DNA of 64,000 bases from assembly GCA_947588685.1 (NCBI GenBank), contig CANPYM010000002.1, positions 25,964 through 89,963 on the forward strand. The letters are read 5' to 3'. The DNA comes from an uncultured Bacilli bacterium. GTDB lineage: Bacteria > Bacillota_I > Bacilli_A > RF39 > UBA660. Under the pieces are notes generated by a model, which had not been told where the DNA came from, made no database searches, and saw nothing but the letters and a program-made list of their open reading frames with translations. Numbering within the stretch: position 1 is the first letter of the stretch; every line of letters starts with the position of its first letter. Of the stretch, positions 16,518-26,592 are shown one piece after another. The position numbers and the translations under genes were made by a program.

Positions 16518-17456
16518 ATGAATGATATCAAAGTCGTTTTTATGGGAACACCTGATTTTAGCGTTCCTGTATTAGAAATGTTAATTGCTAATTATAATGT
16601 TGTTTTAGTCGTTACTAATCCTGATAAACCGGTCGGAAGAGGGGGAAAAGTAGCTTTCTCACCTGTCAAGGAAGTAGCGTTAAAAAATAATATTCCTCTT
16701 TTTCAACCTGAAAAAATTAGAGTTGATTATGAAGACGTTTTAAAGATGGAACCTGATCTTATCGTTACTTGTGCTTATGGACAGATTATTCCAAAAGAGG
16801 TTTTGGATTATCCCCGTTTGGGATGTGTAAATGTTCACGCCTCTTTACTTCCTAAGTATCGTGGTGGGGCACCTATTCATCACGCTATTATTAATGGCGA
16901 TAAAAAAACGGGTATAACCATTATGTATACGGATGTAGGTATGGATAGTGGCGATATTATTGCGCAAAAAGAAATACCTATTGAAAATGATGATACGGCT
17001 GAAACCTTATTTTCTAAATTGTCATTATTAGGAAGTGACTTCTTAAAAGAAGTTTTACCATCAATTATTAATGGTACTAACAATAGGATTAAGCAAAATG
17101 AAGAAGATGTTACTATCGCTCATAATATTAGTCCTACTGATGAAATAATTGATTTTACGAAAACAAGAGAAGAAGTTTATAATCAAATAAGGGGGCTTAA
17201 TAGTTGGCCTGGTGCGTACACATATCTAGATGGCAAAAGACTAAAGGTTTGGATGTCAAAAATAGGTGCTGAAAAAGATTATCAAGATATGGGTGTTATT
17301 ACAAACATATATAAAGATGGAGTGGGTGTAAGTACGAAAGATGGGGAGATCATTTTAACAGAACTACAGATAGAAGGTAAGAAAAAAATGACCGCCCATG
17401 ATTATTTGAATGGCCTTACGAATCGTGATGAATTAGTTGGAAAGAAATTGGGGTAG
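16518..17456 (+). CDS. fmt: methionyl-tRNA formyltransferase
   Basis: KVVFMGTPDFSVPVLEML...VVTNPDKPVGRG; HxSLLPKYRG motif. Confidence 0.95.
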   Translation: MNDIKVVFMGTPDFSVPVLEMLIANYNVVLVVTNPDKPVGRGGKVAFSPVKEVALKNNIPLFQPEKIRVDYEDVLKMEPDLIVTCAYGQIIPKEVLDYPRLGCVNVHASLLPKYRGGAPIHHAIINGDKKTGITIMYTDVGMDSGDIIAQKEIPIENDDTAETLFSKLSLLGSDFLKEVLPSIINGTNNRIKQNEEDVTIAHNISPTDEIIDFTKTREEVYNQIRGLNSWPGAYTYLDGKRLKVWMSKIGAEKDYQDMGVITNIYKDGVGVSTKDGEIILTELQIEGKKKMTAHDYLNGLTNRDELVGKKLG

Positions 17457-17462
17457 ATAGTT

Positions 17463-18311
17463 GTGAAAAAGTTTTGGGAAATTGTTAAAAATGCTTTTAA
17501 GGACAAGCGTAAACGAGCTGTAATAAGCCTTGGATTTTGGATTATTTTCTTTATTGCCGTTTTTGTTATGATTGGAGGTCCTGTTAATATTGATTATGAG
17601 TATCAGAAAAGGACATCATCATCAAATTCTAATGTAAGTAAACCGGTTACTAAAAATACTCTTGAAAATTTTAAGAAGGTCGACAATACAGAGTTTACTT
17701 ATGATGTCACTATTACGGAATATAATAAAACTTTAAATTATAAAGTTGAAGGTACATACTATGATAAAGATTATTATTTTACATTAGATGGTGTATCTTA
17801 TTATCTAAAGGATGATATTATCTATCTTGTCGATGATGTAAACCATAATTTGGTAACTTTTCGTCCTGATGCAAACCATCTTTTTAATCGGATGGATGGC
17901 AAGTTAATGCAAATGCTTAGAATTAGTGAGTTATATACAACCCTTACTTCTAGTGAAGAGCAAACAAAAACTACTTATAAGGATAATACGACGGTAACAA
18001 GTTTTGCTTATAAGGTTTATGATGGAAGAAGTATTGCTATTAAAATGACTGAAAAAGATAACAAGCTAGGCGCACTTAGCCTTGATTATACTAATTATGC
18101 TGTACCTAAAGCCCAATTATTTCGGGTTGATATAACATATAATAATATGGATAATATTGCTGATTATAATAAGGATTATCACACATATACCTATGATGCG
18201 GTCATAACACCTGATACGACAAGTAATCCATCTAGTGATTTAGGTAATGTAACCAGCAATCCCAATTCTATGACTAATAGTAATTTAACGCCCATAAAGG
18301 AAGGTGTTTAA
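17463..18311 (+). CDS. hypothetical membrane-anchored protein
   Basis: GTG start, N-terminal TM (ISLGFWIIFFIAVFVMIGG). Stop overlaps the next gene's start. Confidence 0.45.
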   Translation: MKKFWEIVKNAFKDKRKRAVISLGFWIIFFIAVFVMIGGPVNIDYEYQKRTSSSNSNVSKPVTKNTLENFKKVDNTEFTYDVTITEYNKTLNYKVEGTYYDKDYYFTLDGVSYYLKDDIIYLVDDVNHNLVTFRPDANHLFNRMDGKLMQMLRISELYTTLTSSEEQTKTTYKDNTTVTSFAYKVYDGRSIAIKMTEKDNKLGALSLDYTNYAVPKAQLFRVDITYNNMDNIADYNKDYHTYTYDAVITPDTTSNPSSDLGNVTSNPNSMTNSNLTPIKEGV

Positions 18312-19675
18312 TGATAAATATTAAATCTGACTCAAGAAAGATTCAAAAAGGGGATACCTTTATCGCTTTAAGAGGAATTGCGAGCGATGGTCATGATTAT
18401 ATTGAAAAAGCCATATCAAATGGGGCTTCTAAGATTGTCGCTGAAGAAGGTAGCTATAGTGTTGAAACAGAAATTGTATCAGATACGCGGGCTTATTTAA
18501 ATAAATATTTAGAGGAACATTATCATTATTTAATTGATGAGATGACCCTTATTGGCGTGACCGGCACGAATGGCAAAACTACTAGTTGTTATTTAACTTA
18601 TCAAGCTTTAAATAAATTAGGTTATAAATGTGCTTATATTGGAACAATCGGTTTTTATTTAGATGGTAAAGTTAAAGATTTACCTAATACTAATTGTGAT
18701 ATATGTGATACTTATGAAATGTTATATGAAGCTTATGAAAAGGGATATAGATATGTTGCTTTAGAAATTAGTAGTCAAGGATTATCTTATGGCCGAGCTG
18801 AAACCCTTTTATTTGACTATGCTGTTTTTACAAACTTAACAAGAGACCACTTAGATTATCATAAGACGATGGAAAACTATGCCTTGGCTAAACAGAAATT
18901 ATTTCATCAGTTAAAACCTAATGGCATCGGTATTATCAATACGGATGATGCGTATGCTTCATACTATAAAATTGGTAATTATGTAACCTACGGCTTTAAT
19001 GGTGGCGATTATACCGTTACGGATTATCATTTGAACGCAGATAGTCTAACCTTTAAAATTAATAGTGGGGATACTTTAGAAGCTAATCTTATTGGTAAAT
19101 ATAATATTTACAATCTTACAGTAGCTTATATTTTATTAGATAAGATAGGTATAACAAGTAACCAAATTAAAGAAGTATTTAAAAGTTTAGTTCCACCTAA
19201 TGGTCGCACAGACATTATTAAATATGGCACCAATACAATCATTATTGATTATGCTCATACACCTGATGCGATGGAAAACTTATTTTCGGCTATTAAAGAT
19301 ATAAGGTATCATCATCTATATATCGTCTTCGGCTGTACTGGAGATCGTGATCGTGAAAAAAGACCAATGATGACTAAACTTGCTCTTGATATGGCTGATT
19401 ATACTTTTATTACTAGCGATGATCTACACAATGAGGATTTCTCACAAATTATTGACGATATGTTAAAAGAAAATACGAAGACTAATTATAAGGTTATTGA
19501 AGATCGTTATGAAGCTATTTTAAAAGCGATGTCTTTACTTAAAGAGCATGATTTATTACTTATTTTAGGTAAAGGTCACGAGGAATATATTATTGTTAAA
19601 GATAAGAAAATTCCTCATAATGATCATAAAGCTGTTCTAGAGATTATCAAGGAACATAAGCATATTAATGTTTAG
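18311..19675 (+). CDS. Mur ligase family protein, MurE paralog with non-canonical specificity motif (DDLH in place of DNPR)
   Basis: DSRKIQKGDTFIALRG N-terminus, GVTGTNGKTT P-loop, ..ITSDDLHNEDF at 19418-19429. Confidence 0.75.
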   Translation: MINIKSDSRKIQKGDTFIALRGIASDGHDYIEKAISNGASKIVAEEGSYSVETEIVSDTRAYLNKYLEEHYHYLIDEMTLIGVTGTNGKTTSCYLTYQALNKLGYKCAYIGTIGFYLDGKVKDLPNTNCDICDTYEMLYEAYEKGYRYVALEISSQGLSYGRAETLLFDYAVFTNLTRDHLDYHKTMENYALAKQKLFHQLKPNGIGIINTDDAYASYYKIGNYVTYGFNGGDYTVTDYHLNADSLTFKINSGDTLEANLIGKYNIYNLTVAYILLDKIGITSNQIKEVFKSLVPPNGRTDIIKYGTNTIIIDYAHTPDAMENLFSAIKDIRYHHLYIVFGCTGDRDREKRPMMTKLALDMADYTFITSDDLHNEDFSQIIDDMLKENTKTNYKVIEDRYEAILKAMSLLKEHDLLLILGKGHEEYIIVKDKKIPHNDHKAVLEIIKEHKHINV

Positions 19676-19727
19676 GTAAAAAAACACTTTTGGATATTTG
19701 TCATAAAATATACTGAGGTGTTTTTTT

Positions 19728-21023
19728 ATGTTACAATCAGATTCCCGGAAAGTCAAAGATGGCGATACTTTTATTGCCCTCAAGGGGTATAAGGAAGATG
19801 GCCATAAATATATTTTAGACGCTATTAATAATGGCGCCAAAAAAGTTATTGCGGAACGTGGTAAATATGATGTTGAAACGCTAATTGTTGATGACACTAA
19901 TGAATATTTATATAAATATTTTAAAATAAATAATATTGATATTAAATTAATCGGTGTGACTGGTACGAATGGTAAGACAACAACGTGTTATTTATTGTAT
20001 CAATTATTAAATGGACTAGGCTGTAAATGTGCCTACATTGGAACGATTGGTTATATTGTTGATGATGTTGTAACGTCCCTTGATAATACCACACCAGGTA
20101 GTTTAGAATTATATAATTTATTAGAAGATAGCTACAACCATAACTGTGAATATGTCGTGATGGAAGTAAGTAGTCAAGCTCTTGATCAAAAAAGAGTTGA
20201 CTATTTAGAGTTTGATGCCGCTATTTTTACTAATCTAACGAGAGATCACCTAGATTATCATAAGACATTAGAAAATTATATTGAAGCTAAAAGGAAATTA
20301 TTTTATCTATTAAAAGATGATGGTATTTCTTTAATCAATAATGATGATCCGTATGCTGATAATTTTAAAATAAAAAATTATAAAACGTATGGATTTACTG
20401 ATAGTGATTATACTATTGATGATGAGAATGTTATCAATTCCCATCCTTATGATATCCCTTTAATTGGTAAGTATAATAAATATAATGTTCTAGCAGCCAT
20501 CAGCCTTTTATATGAATTAGGATATCAATATGATGATATTAAGGAACTTGTTCAAAACTTAAAAGAACCAAGTGGTCGGATGGAAGTTATCAATTATAAA
20601 ACGAATAGGATTATTATCGATTACGCCCATACACCTGATGCTTTACAGAATGTTATCAATACCTCTTTAGAACTTACTGATGGACACGTTTATGTCATTA
20701 TTGGTTGTGGTGGCAATAGGGATAAAGGTAAAAGAAAAATGATGGGATTAATCGCTACGGATATGGCTTATTACACAATCTTTACAAGTGATAATCCTAG
20801 AGATGAAGATCCCTTAGATATCATTAAAGATATGACTTCTAATCTCGATAAAGATAACTATCAAATTGAAGTAAATCGTGAAAATGCGATTAAAAAGGGT
20901 ATACAATTACTTAATAATAATGATATACTATTGGTGCTGGGAAAAGGCCACGAAAAATATCAAATTATTGGTAACGAACGCTTACCATTCGATGATAAAC
21001 AAATTGTATTAGATAATATTTAG
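19728..21023 (+). CDS. murE: UDP-N-acetylmuramoyl-L-alanyl-D-glutamate--2,6-diaminopimelate ligase
   Basis: DSRKVKDGDTFIALKG, GVTGTNGKTTT, DNPR motif at 20790-20801 (meso-DAP type). Confidence 0.85.
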   Translation: MLQSDSRKVKDGDTFIALKGYKEDGHKYILDAINNGAKKVIAERGKYDVETLIVDDTNEYLYKYFKINNIDIKLIGVTGTNGKTTTCYLLYQLLNGLGCKCAYIGTIGYIVDDVVTSLDNTTPGSLELYNLLEDSYNHNCEYVVMEVSSQALDQKRVDYLEFDAAIFTNLTRDHLDYHKTLENYIEAKRKLFYLLKDDGISLINNDDPYADNFKIKNYKTYGFTDSDYTIDDENVINSHPYDIPLIGKYNKYNVLAAISLLYELGYQYDDIKELVQNLKEPSGRMEVINYKTNRIIIDYAHTPDALQNVINTSLELTDGHVYVIIGCGGNRDKGKRKMMGLIATDMAYYTIFTSDNPRDEDPLDIIKDMTSNLDKDNYQIEVNRENAIKKGIQLLNNNDILLVLGKGHEKYQIIGNERLPFDDKQIVLDNI

Positions 21024-21034
21024 GAAGTGAAAAT

Positions 21035-22027
21035 ATGTTAGTTTTAGCCAAAGCTGTCCTTTCGATGATGATTGGATTTATCATATCTGTTATCCTAGGG
21101 GCTATTTTAGTACCAATTCTAAAAAAAATTAATGTTAAACAAAAAATAAGTACTTATCTTTTAAAAAGACATCATGATAAAGAGGGTACACCGACAATGG
21201 GCGGACTCATCTTTATTATTCCAACGGTTGTATCGACATTTATTTTACTTTTTATGGGTAAAATTGAGATGTCTCACAACTTAGCAATTGTTCTTTTCGT
21301 CTTTATTTCATATGCTGTTTTAGGATTTATTGATGATTATTTGATTATCAAGCGTGGTAATAACTTAGGTCTAACGGAGTTTCAAAAACTCTTTGGACAA
21401 ATTGTTATCGCTTTAGTGTTTTTCTACATCTTTATGAAATCAGGGGCGACACCAACCATCGATATAACAAGTTTGGGTATTACCATTAATATGGGCTGGT
21501 TATACGGCGTCTTCTTATTATTTGTCTTAGTAGCTAGTAGTAATGCCGTTAATATAACCGATGGCTTAGACGGCTTAGCTGGTGGTCTATCCTTAATTGC
21601 TTTTCTAACTTTAGGACTTATCAGTTGGAATTCAAGAGGTATAGCTGGTAGTAGTGATATTGCTATTTTCTGTTTTATCCTTTTTGGATCTTTACTAGGA
21701 TTCCTTTTATTTAATACTTATCCTGCTAAAGTTATTATGGGTGACACGGGATCGTTATCTTTGGGAGCTACTTTAGCTAGTGTGGCTTTAATTACTAAAC
21801 ATGAACTAACATTTATTGTTATTATGGGTGTCTTTATTTTTGAAACACTAGTTTGTATTATTCAAATTGTCAGTATGGTTTGGTTCCATCATAAAGTATT
21901 CTTGATGACACCATTCCATCACCATCTTGAAAAACTAGGTTGGGCTGAACCGGATATTGTTAAATTATTCTGGGTCATTGGTCTAATTCTTAGTATGGGC
22001 GCTATTATCTTTGGCGTTTGGATTTAA
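21035..22027 (+). CDS. mraY: phospho-N-acetylmuramoyl-pentapeptide transferase
   Basis: Polytopic membrane protein with MGDTGSLSLGA motif. Confidence 0.95.
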   Translation: MLVLAKAVLSMMIGFIISVILGAILVPILKKINVKQKISTYLLKRHHDKEGTPTMGGLIFIIPTVVSTFILLFMGKIEMSHNLAIVLFVFISYAVLGFIDDYLIIKRGNNLGLTEFQKLFGQIVIALVFFYIFMKSGATPTIDITSLGITINMGWLYGVFLLFVLVASSNAVNITDGLDGLAGGLSLIAFLTLGLISWNSRGIAGSSDIAIFCFILFGSLLGFLLFNTYPAKVIMGDTGSLSLGATLASVALITKHELTFIVIMGVFIFETLVCIIQIVSMVWFHHKVFLMTPFHHHLEKLGWAEPDIVKLFWVIGLILSMGAIIFGVWI

Positions 22028-22050
22028 AAGAGAAATAATCTCTTTTTTTT
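22028..22050 (+). terminator. rho-independent terminator
   Basis: AAGAGAAATAATCTCTT followed by T8. Confidence 0.7.
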
Positions 22051-22099
22051 CTTGTAATAAATGGTAAATATGATATAATTAATAATAGGTGAATAGGGT

Positions 22100-23518
22100 A
22101 TGTTAAATAAGACAAAAGTAGTAGCAACAATCGGTCCAGCCACCATTGAAAAAGAGCAATTACGCCGCTTGATGGAAAATGGCATGGATGTTGCGCGCAT
22201 TAATATGAGTCATAGTGATTACAATTTCTGTAAATTAGTAGCTGATGAAATTGGTGAACTTAATGAAGAATTAGGTTTAAATGTTGCCATTATGATGGAT
22301 TTAATGGGTTCAGAAATTCGTATTGGTAGTTTTGTCAATCATCAAGCCCACTTTGTTAAAGGTGACAAAGTAAAGGTTTATATGGATGATGTTGAAGGCG
22401 ATAATACTAAGTTTTCTGTAAGTTATCCTAATTTAATTAATGAAGTTACTTATAACAATGTTATCAGTGTTTCTGATGGTAAGATGTTAATGGAAGTTGT
22501 TGATATTTTATCCGATGGTTTTGTATGTGAGGTTTTAAATGATGCTGTTATTGAAGATCATCAAACTTTGACAGTTAAAGATGTTAAATTAAAAATGCCA
22601 TATTTAACTACTAAAGATGAGACAGATATAGCGATTGCTCATAAATTAGGTTTCGATTTTATTGCTTTATCTTATGTATCCGAGCCCGATAATGTGTTAG
22701 CTGTCAATGATGTGTTAATTAATCTTAAAAATAATCATATTGGACTAATATCTAAAATTGAAACGGAAGAAGGGGTTAACAACATTGACGCTATTATCCA
22801 AGTAAGTGATGGCGTGATGGTTGCTAGAGGTGACCTTGGAGTTGCGATATCACTAGAACGGATTCCTGGCATTCAAAAGAAAATTATCAACAAGTGCCAT
22901 AGCGCTGGTATTGTCAGTATCGTTGCTACAGAATTATTATCATCAATGGAACATTCAGCTAGACCAACAAGAGCTGAAGTTAGTGATGTTGCTAATGCCG
23001 TTTTAGATGGCGCTGATGCAGTTATGTTATCAGGTGAAACAACGGTTGGTAAGTATCCAATTGAAACACTTAAAATGATGGAAAAAATTATTAATTCCGC
23101 TGAGTTAGATGTTGATTATGGTGATTTCATTAGCCGTAGTGCTAATGCTGTTAAAGAAGACATCACAGGAGTTATTTCCCTTGGTGTTGCTGATGCGGCT
23201 AACAGACTTAAATGTTGTGCGATAATTGCGCCAACGCAAACGGGTTATACCGCTAGAGTTATGAGTCGTTTCCGTCCAAGTTGTCCAGTGATTGCTGTTA
23301 GTCCTAATCTTGATACAGTTAAATCATTACAACTTCATTTTGCTGTTAATCCTGTTTTGATTGATGAGCTTAATACCTTTGATAAGATTATTGAAATATC
23401 TAAAAAGATAACTTTCAAACTTGTATCAACCAAACCGGGTGATAAAATAATTATTACAGGTGGTTATCCATTTAAAGAAGTTAAGTTTACAAACTTTATG
23501 AAAATAGAAGAATTATAG
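22100..23518 (+). CDS. pyk: pyruvate kinase
   Basis: KTKVVATIGPAT...ARINMSHSD; MVARGDLG motif. Confidence 0.95.
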   Translation: MLNKTKVVATIGPATIEKEQLRRLMENGMDVARINMSHSDYNFCKLVADEIGELNEELGLNVAIMMDLMGSEIRIGSFVNHQAHFVKGDKVKVYMDDVEGDNTKFSVSYPNLINEVTYNNVISVSDGKMLMEVVDILSDGFVCEVLNDAVIEDHQTLTVKDVKLKMPYLTTKDETDIAIAHKLGFDFIALSYVSEPDNVLAVNDVLINLKNNHIGLISKIETEEGVNNIDAIIQVSDGVMVARGDLGVAISLERIPGIQKKIINKCHSAGIVSIVATELLSSMEHSARPTRAEVSDVANAVLDGADAVMLSGETTVGKYPIETLKMMEKIINSAELDVDYGDFISRSANAVKEDITGVISLGVADAANRLKCCAIIAPTQTGYTARVMSRFRPSCPVIAVSPNLDTVKSLQLHFAVNPVLIDELNTFDKIIEISKKITFKLVSTKPGDKIIITGGYPFKEVKFTNFMKIEEL

Positions 23519-23533
23519 AAAAAGGGTGATGCT

Positions 23534-25963
23534 ATGTACGATTTAGGCGATCAATTTAAATTAGATTTAAATAGAGCGTTAGCAAATCCAGCCTCTGTTT
23601 TAAAGGGTGATAAATATCGTATTACCATTTTAACGGAGCGTTTAATCAGATTAGAATATAATGAAAATGGGCTATTTGAAGATAGTCCAACGGAGTTAGT
23701 GTGGTATCGTAATCTCCCTAAGCCTGATTATACGGTTATTAATAATCAAGCTAATTTAATTGTTGAGACAAAGTACTTCTCCTTAAATTATGTTAAAGAA
23801 GCACCATTTGCGGGTAAGTCTGTCAATAAGACAAACACTTTACGGATTGATTTAAAAGGTACTGATAAAGTTTGGTACTATGGTCATCAAGAAATAAAAA
23901 ACTTTGGCGCTCCTGTTTTACAAAAAAATGGCGTTGCCGATGATGATATGAACTACAATATGCGCGGTTTATATTCCATTGATGGTTTTGCTTCTATTGA
24001 TGATTCTAATACGCCACTACTGAATGCTAGAGGTAATGTGGTAGCGAGAACTAATCAAGAAATCGATATATATGTTTTTATGTATGGTCGTGATTTTTCA
24101 CTAGCACTTAAAGATTACTATATGATAACTGGTTATCCCGCTTTAATTCCACGTTATGCTTTAGGTAACTGGTGGAGTAGAAATGATACTTATGATGATG
24201 CTAAAATAGCTGATTTGATGAAGAATTTTGATGATCATCACATTCCTATTTCCGTATTGATGCTAGATAAGGATTGGCACCTACGGATAAAAGAAGAAAA
24301 TCGGCATTTAATGACAGGTTTTACCTTTAATGGTAGCTTATTTAAAAATCCATCGGAACTAGTTAGTAAAATTCATGAACGAGGTATCAGAATTGGTGTT
24401 AACATTAATCCCATCGAAGGTTTTTATCCTATTGATGCTTTCTTTGAAACAGCTGCTAAGTATTTACCAAAAAATGAAAATGGTATTATTCCGTTTAATG
24501 TATATGATGCGAAAACAGTTGATGTTTATTTAAAAGTCTTCATTCACCCACTTGATAATTATGGTATTGATTTCTTCTGGGTTGATTGGTATGACGAAAA
24601 AAGAACACAAGAATTAGCTATGCTTAAACATTATCATTTCTATGATATGATGCGTAATTATAAAAGAAGACCGATGGTCTATGGATATAATGCTCGTGTT
24701 GCTGCTCATCGTTATCCCGTTTTATATGCCGGCAAGAGTGTTGTTGGATGGGATACTTTAGCGTTAATTCCATATTTTAATGGCCGGGCTGCTAACATTG
24801 GTGTTAGTTGGTGGAGTCATGATATCGGTGGCTACTTTAATGGTATGGAAGATAATGAATTATATGAACGTTATGTTCAATTAGGAACTTTCTCACCAAT
24901 TTTGAAATTGAGTGCTGATGAGGGTCGCTTTTATAAAAGAGAGCCTTGGCGGTGGGGTATTCGGACTTACGCTATTGCAACCGAATACTTAACTTTGCGT
25001 CATCGCCTAATTCCATATTTATATTCAGAAGCTTATCGTTATTATAAATATGGTATACCTTTTATCCAACCAGTTTATTACCAGTATCCGGAATTATTTG
25101 ATGATGTATTATATCGTAATGAATATTCTTTGGGTAGTGAGTTCTTTATTAGTCCAATTATTACTAAAAAAGATCCAATTATGGAGCGAACAATTCATAA
25201 GTTCTTCTTACCAGAAGGAACTTGGTTTAACTACCGTAGTGGTAAAAAATATCTAGGTAGAAGAAAACATATTTCGTTCTTTAGAAACGAAGAATATCCA
25301 GCTTTCGTTAAAGCGGGAGCTATTATTCCGATGGCTATTCATTCAAACATTAATGATACAAGGCCACCAATAACGATGGAAGTTCAAATCTTCCCAGGTG
25401 AAAGTAATAGCTATAGACTATATGAAGATGATGGTGTCAGTGATTTATACTTACAAGGATATTCTATTACAACCTTAATTGAATATAACTACTTACCAAA
25501 TAACTATACGGTTATTGTAAGACCTATTGAAGGTAAAACAGGTATTATTCCAGCTAAACGTAATTATATTTTCCGGTTTAGGAATACAAGGGAATCAAGT
25601 GATGTTCAAGCCTATATAAAATCAGCTAAGACGGCTGTTAAAACATCAGTTGATGGAACAGATTTTATTGTTGAAGTAAGAGATGTTCCAACGACGGAAC
25701 AATTGACCGTTAACTGTAAAGGTAAAGATATCGAAATCGATGCAATTCGGATTGTCTTAGATGATATTGAGGAAATCATTAGTGACTTACCAATTTTAAC
25801 TGAACAAAAAGAGCTAGTTTACAATCTTTTAACAGATAAGAATATGGTAAAAGATAAAAAACGGATTGAACTTCATAAATTATCAAAGGGTAAAAATGCC
25901 TTTGATAAGAAATATATTCAGTTATTCTTACAATTACTTGAATATATGGATCAAGTTAAATAA
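23534..25963 (+). CDS. glycoside hydrolase family 31 protein (alpha-glucosidase/alpha-xylosidase-like), cytosolic
   Basis: GIDFFWVDW and WWSHDIGGYF motifs characteristic of GH31; no signal peptide. Confidence 0.7.
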   Translation: MYDLGDQFKLDLNRALANPASVLKGDKYRITILTERLIRLEYNENGLFEDSPTELVWYRNLPKPDYTVINNQANLIVETKYFSLNYVKEAPFAGKSVNKTNTLRIDLKGTDKVWYYGHQEIKNFGAPVLQKNGVADDDMNYNMRGLYSIDGFASIDDSNTPLLNARGNVVARTNQEIDIYVFMYGRDFSLALKDYYMITGYPALIPRYALGNWWSRNDTYDDAKIADLMKNFDDHHIPISVLMLDKDWHLRIKEENRHLMTGFTFNGSLFKNPSELVSKIHERGIRIGVNINPIEGFYPIDAFFETAAKYLPKNENGIIPFNVYDAKTVDVYLKVFIHPLDNYGIDFFWVDWYDEKRTQELAMLKHYHFYDMMRNYKRRPMVYGYNARVAAHRYPVLYAGKSVVGWDTLALIPYFNGRAANIGVSWWSHDIGGYFNGMEDNELYERYVQLGTFSPILKLSADEGRFYKREPWRWGIRTYAIATEYLTLRHRLIPYLYSEAYRYYKYGIPFIQPVYYQYPELFDDVLYRNEYSLGSEFFISPIITKKDPIMERTIHKFFLPEGTWFNYRSGKKYLGRRKHISFFRNEEYPAFVKAGAIIPMAIHSNINDTRPPITMEVQIFPGESNSYRLYEDDGVSDLYLQGYSITTLIEYNYLPNNYTVIVRPIEGKTGIIPAKRNYIFRFRNTRESSDVQAYIKSAKTAVKTSVDGTDFIVEVRDVPTTEQLTVNCKGKDIEIDAIRIVLDDIEEIISDLPILTEQKELVYNLLTDKNMVKDKKRIELHKLSKGKNAFDKKYIQLFLQLLEYMDQVK

Positions 25964-25994
25964 AAGACTTGCAAAACCTTATTAACTATATTAT

Positions 25995-26215
25995 AATAAT
26001 CACATAGCGATGAAGAAGAGTAGTAATAATAAAGCATTATCTAGAGAAAAAGTGGTCGGTGTAAACTTTTAATGTGATATTATGAACTTACTTTGGAGCC
26101 TTTTATATGATAAGTATAAAACGTCTGTCTGCGTTAAAGATTTAAGAGCATAATTAAAGTATTATGAAGTAGGGTGGTACCGCGCTCGGGCGTCCCTACA
26201 CATAATACTTTTTTG
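25995..26215 (+). promoter_or_regulatory. T-box riboswitch leader, Leu specifier (CUU)
   Basis: AGUAGGGUGGUACCGCG T-box sequence at 26168-26185. Terminator stem GTAGGG...CCCTAC + T-run ending ~26215. AGAGA box at 26043. Candidate specifier AACUUA at 26085-26090. UGGU matches tRNA-Leu discriminator A. Confidence 0.75.
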
Positions 26216-26226
26216 TTGGAGGATTT

Positions 26227-26592
26227 ATGGATATATTATTATTTTTTATAGGAACGTTCCTAATAATTTATTTGTTTTACTTTATTTTTGTTATACATAA
26301 GGCTAATGCCCTTAAAAAGATGCAAAAAAGTAAAGAGGTTAAATTGCTCTGTCAGTTAGGAAAAATTGATCAAAATAAAATCGAGTTTAAGAGATTAGCA
26401 ACTATTCTTTCTTTAGCAAATTCTTTTATTATTGCTTTGATGGGTAGTTTAGTAATGCTTTTAAATAAGTTTATTACCAATTTTTATGTTTGGTTAATTG
26501 TAAGTGCTCTTATCGCTTTAGTTTTATTAGTTCCTCTTATTATTGGAACATATAAAATAGCCGGCAAGTTAATTAAAAAGGAGAGAAAATAA
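26227..26592 (+). CDS. small hydrophobic membrane protein (121 aa) between T-box and leuS
   Basis: RBS GGAGGA. Three predicted TM segments. Stop abuts the leuS start. Confidence 0.5.
   Translation: MDILLFFIGTFLIIYLFYFIFVIHKANALKKMQKSKEVKLLCQLGKIDQNKIEFKRLATILSLANSFIIALMGSLVMLLNKFITNFYVWLIVSALIALVLLVPLIIGTYKIAGKLIKKERK

Noticed and set aside
25050-25256. 68-aa + strand ORF inside GH31
   Set aside because: Alternative frame of a well-supported CDS.
23534-25963. GH31 as part of a secreted CAZyme locus
   Set aside because: No signal peptide and no neighbouring transporters or regulators; treated as an ordinary cytosolic glycosidase.
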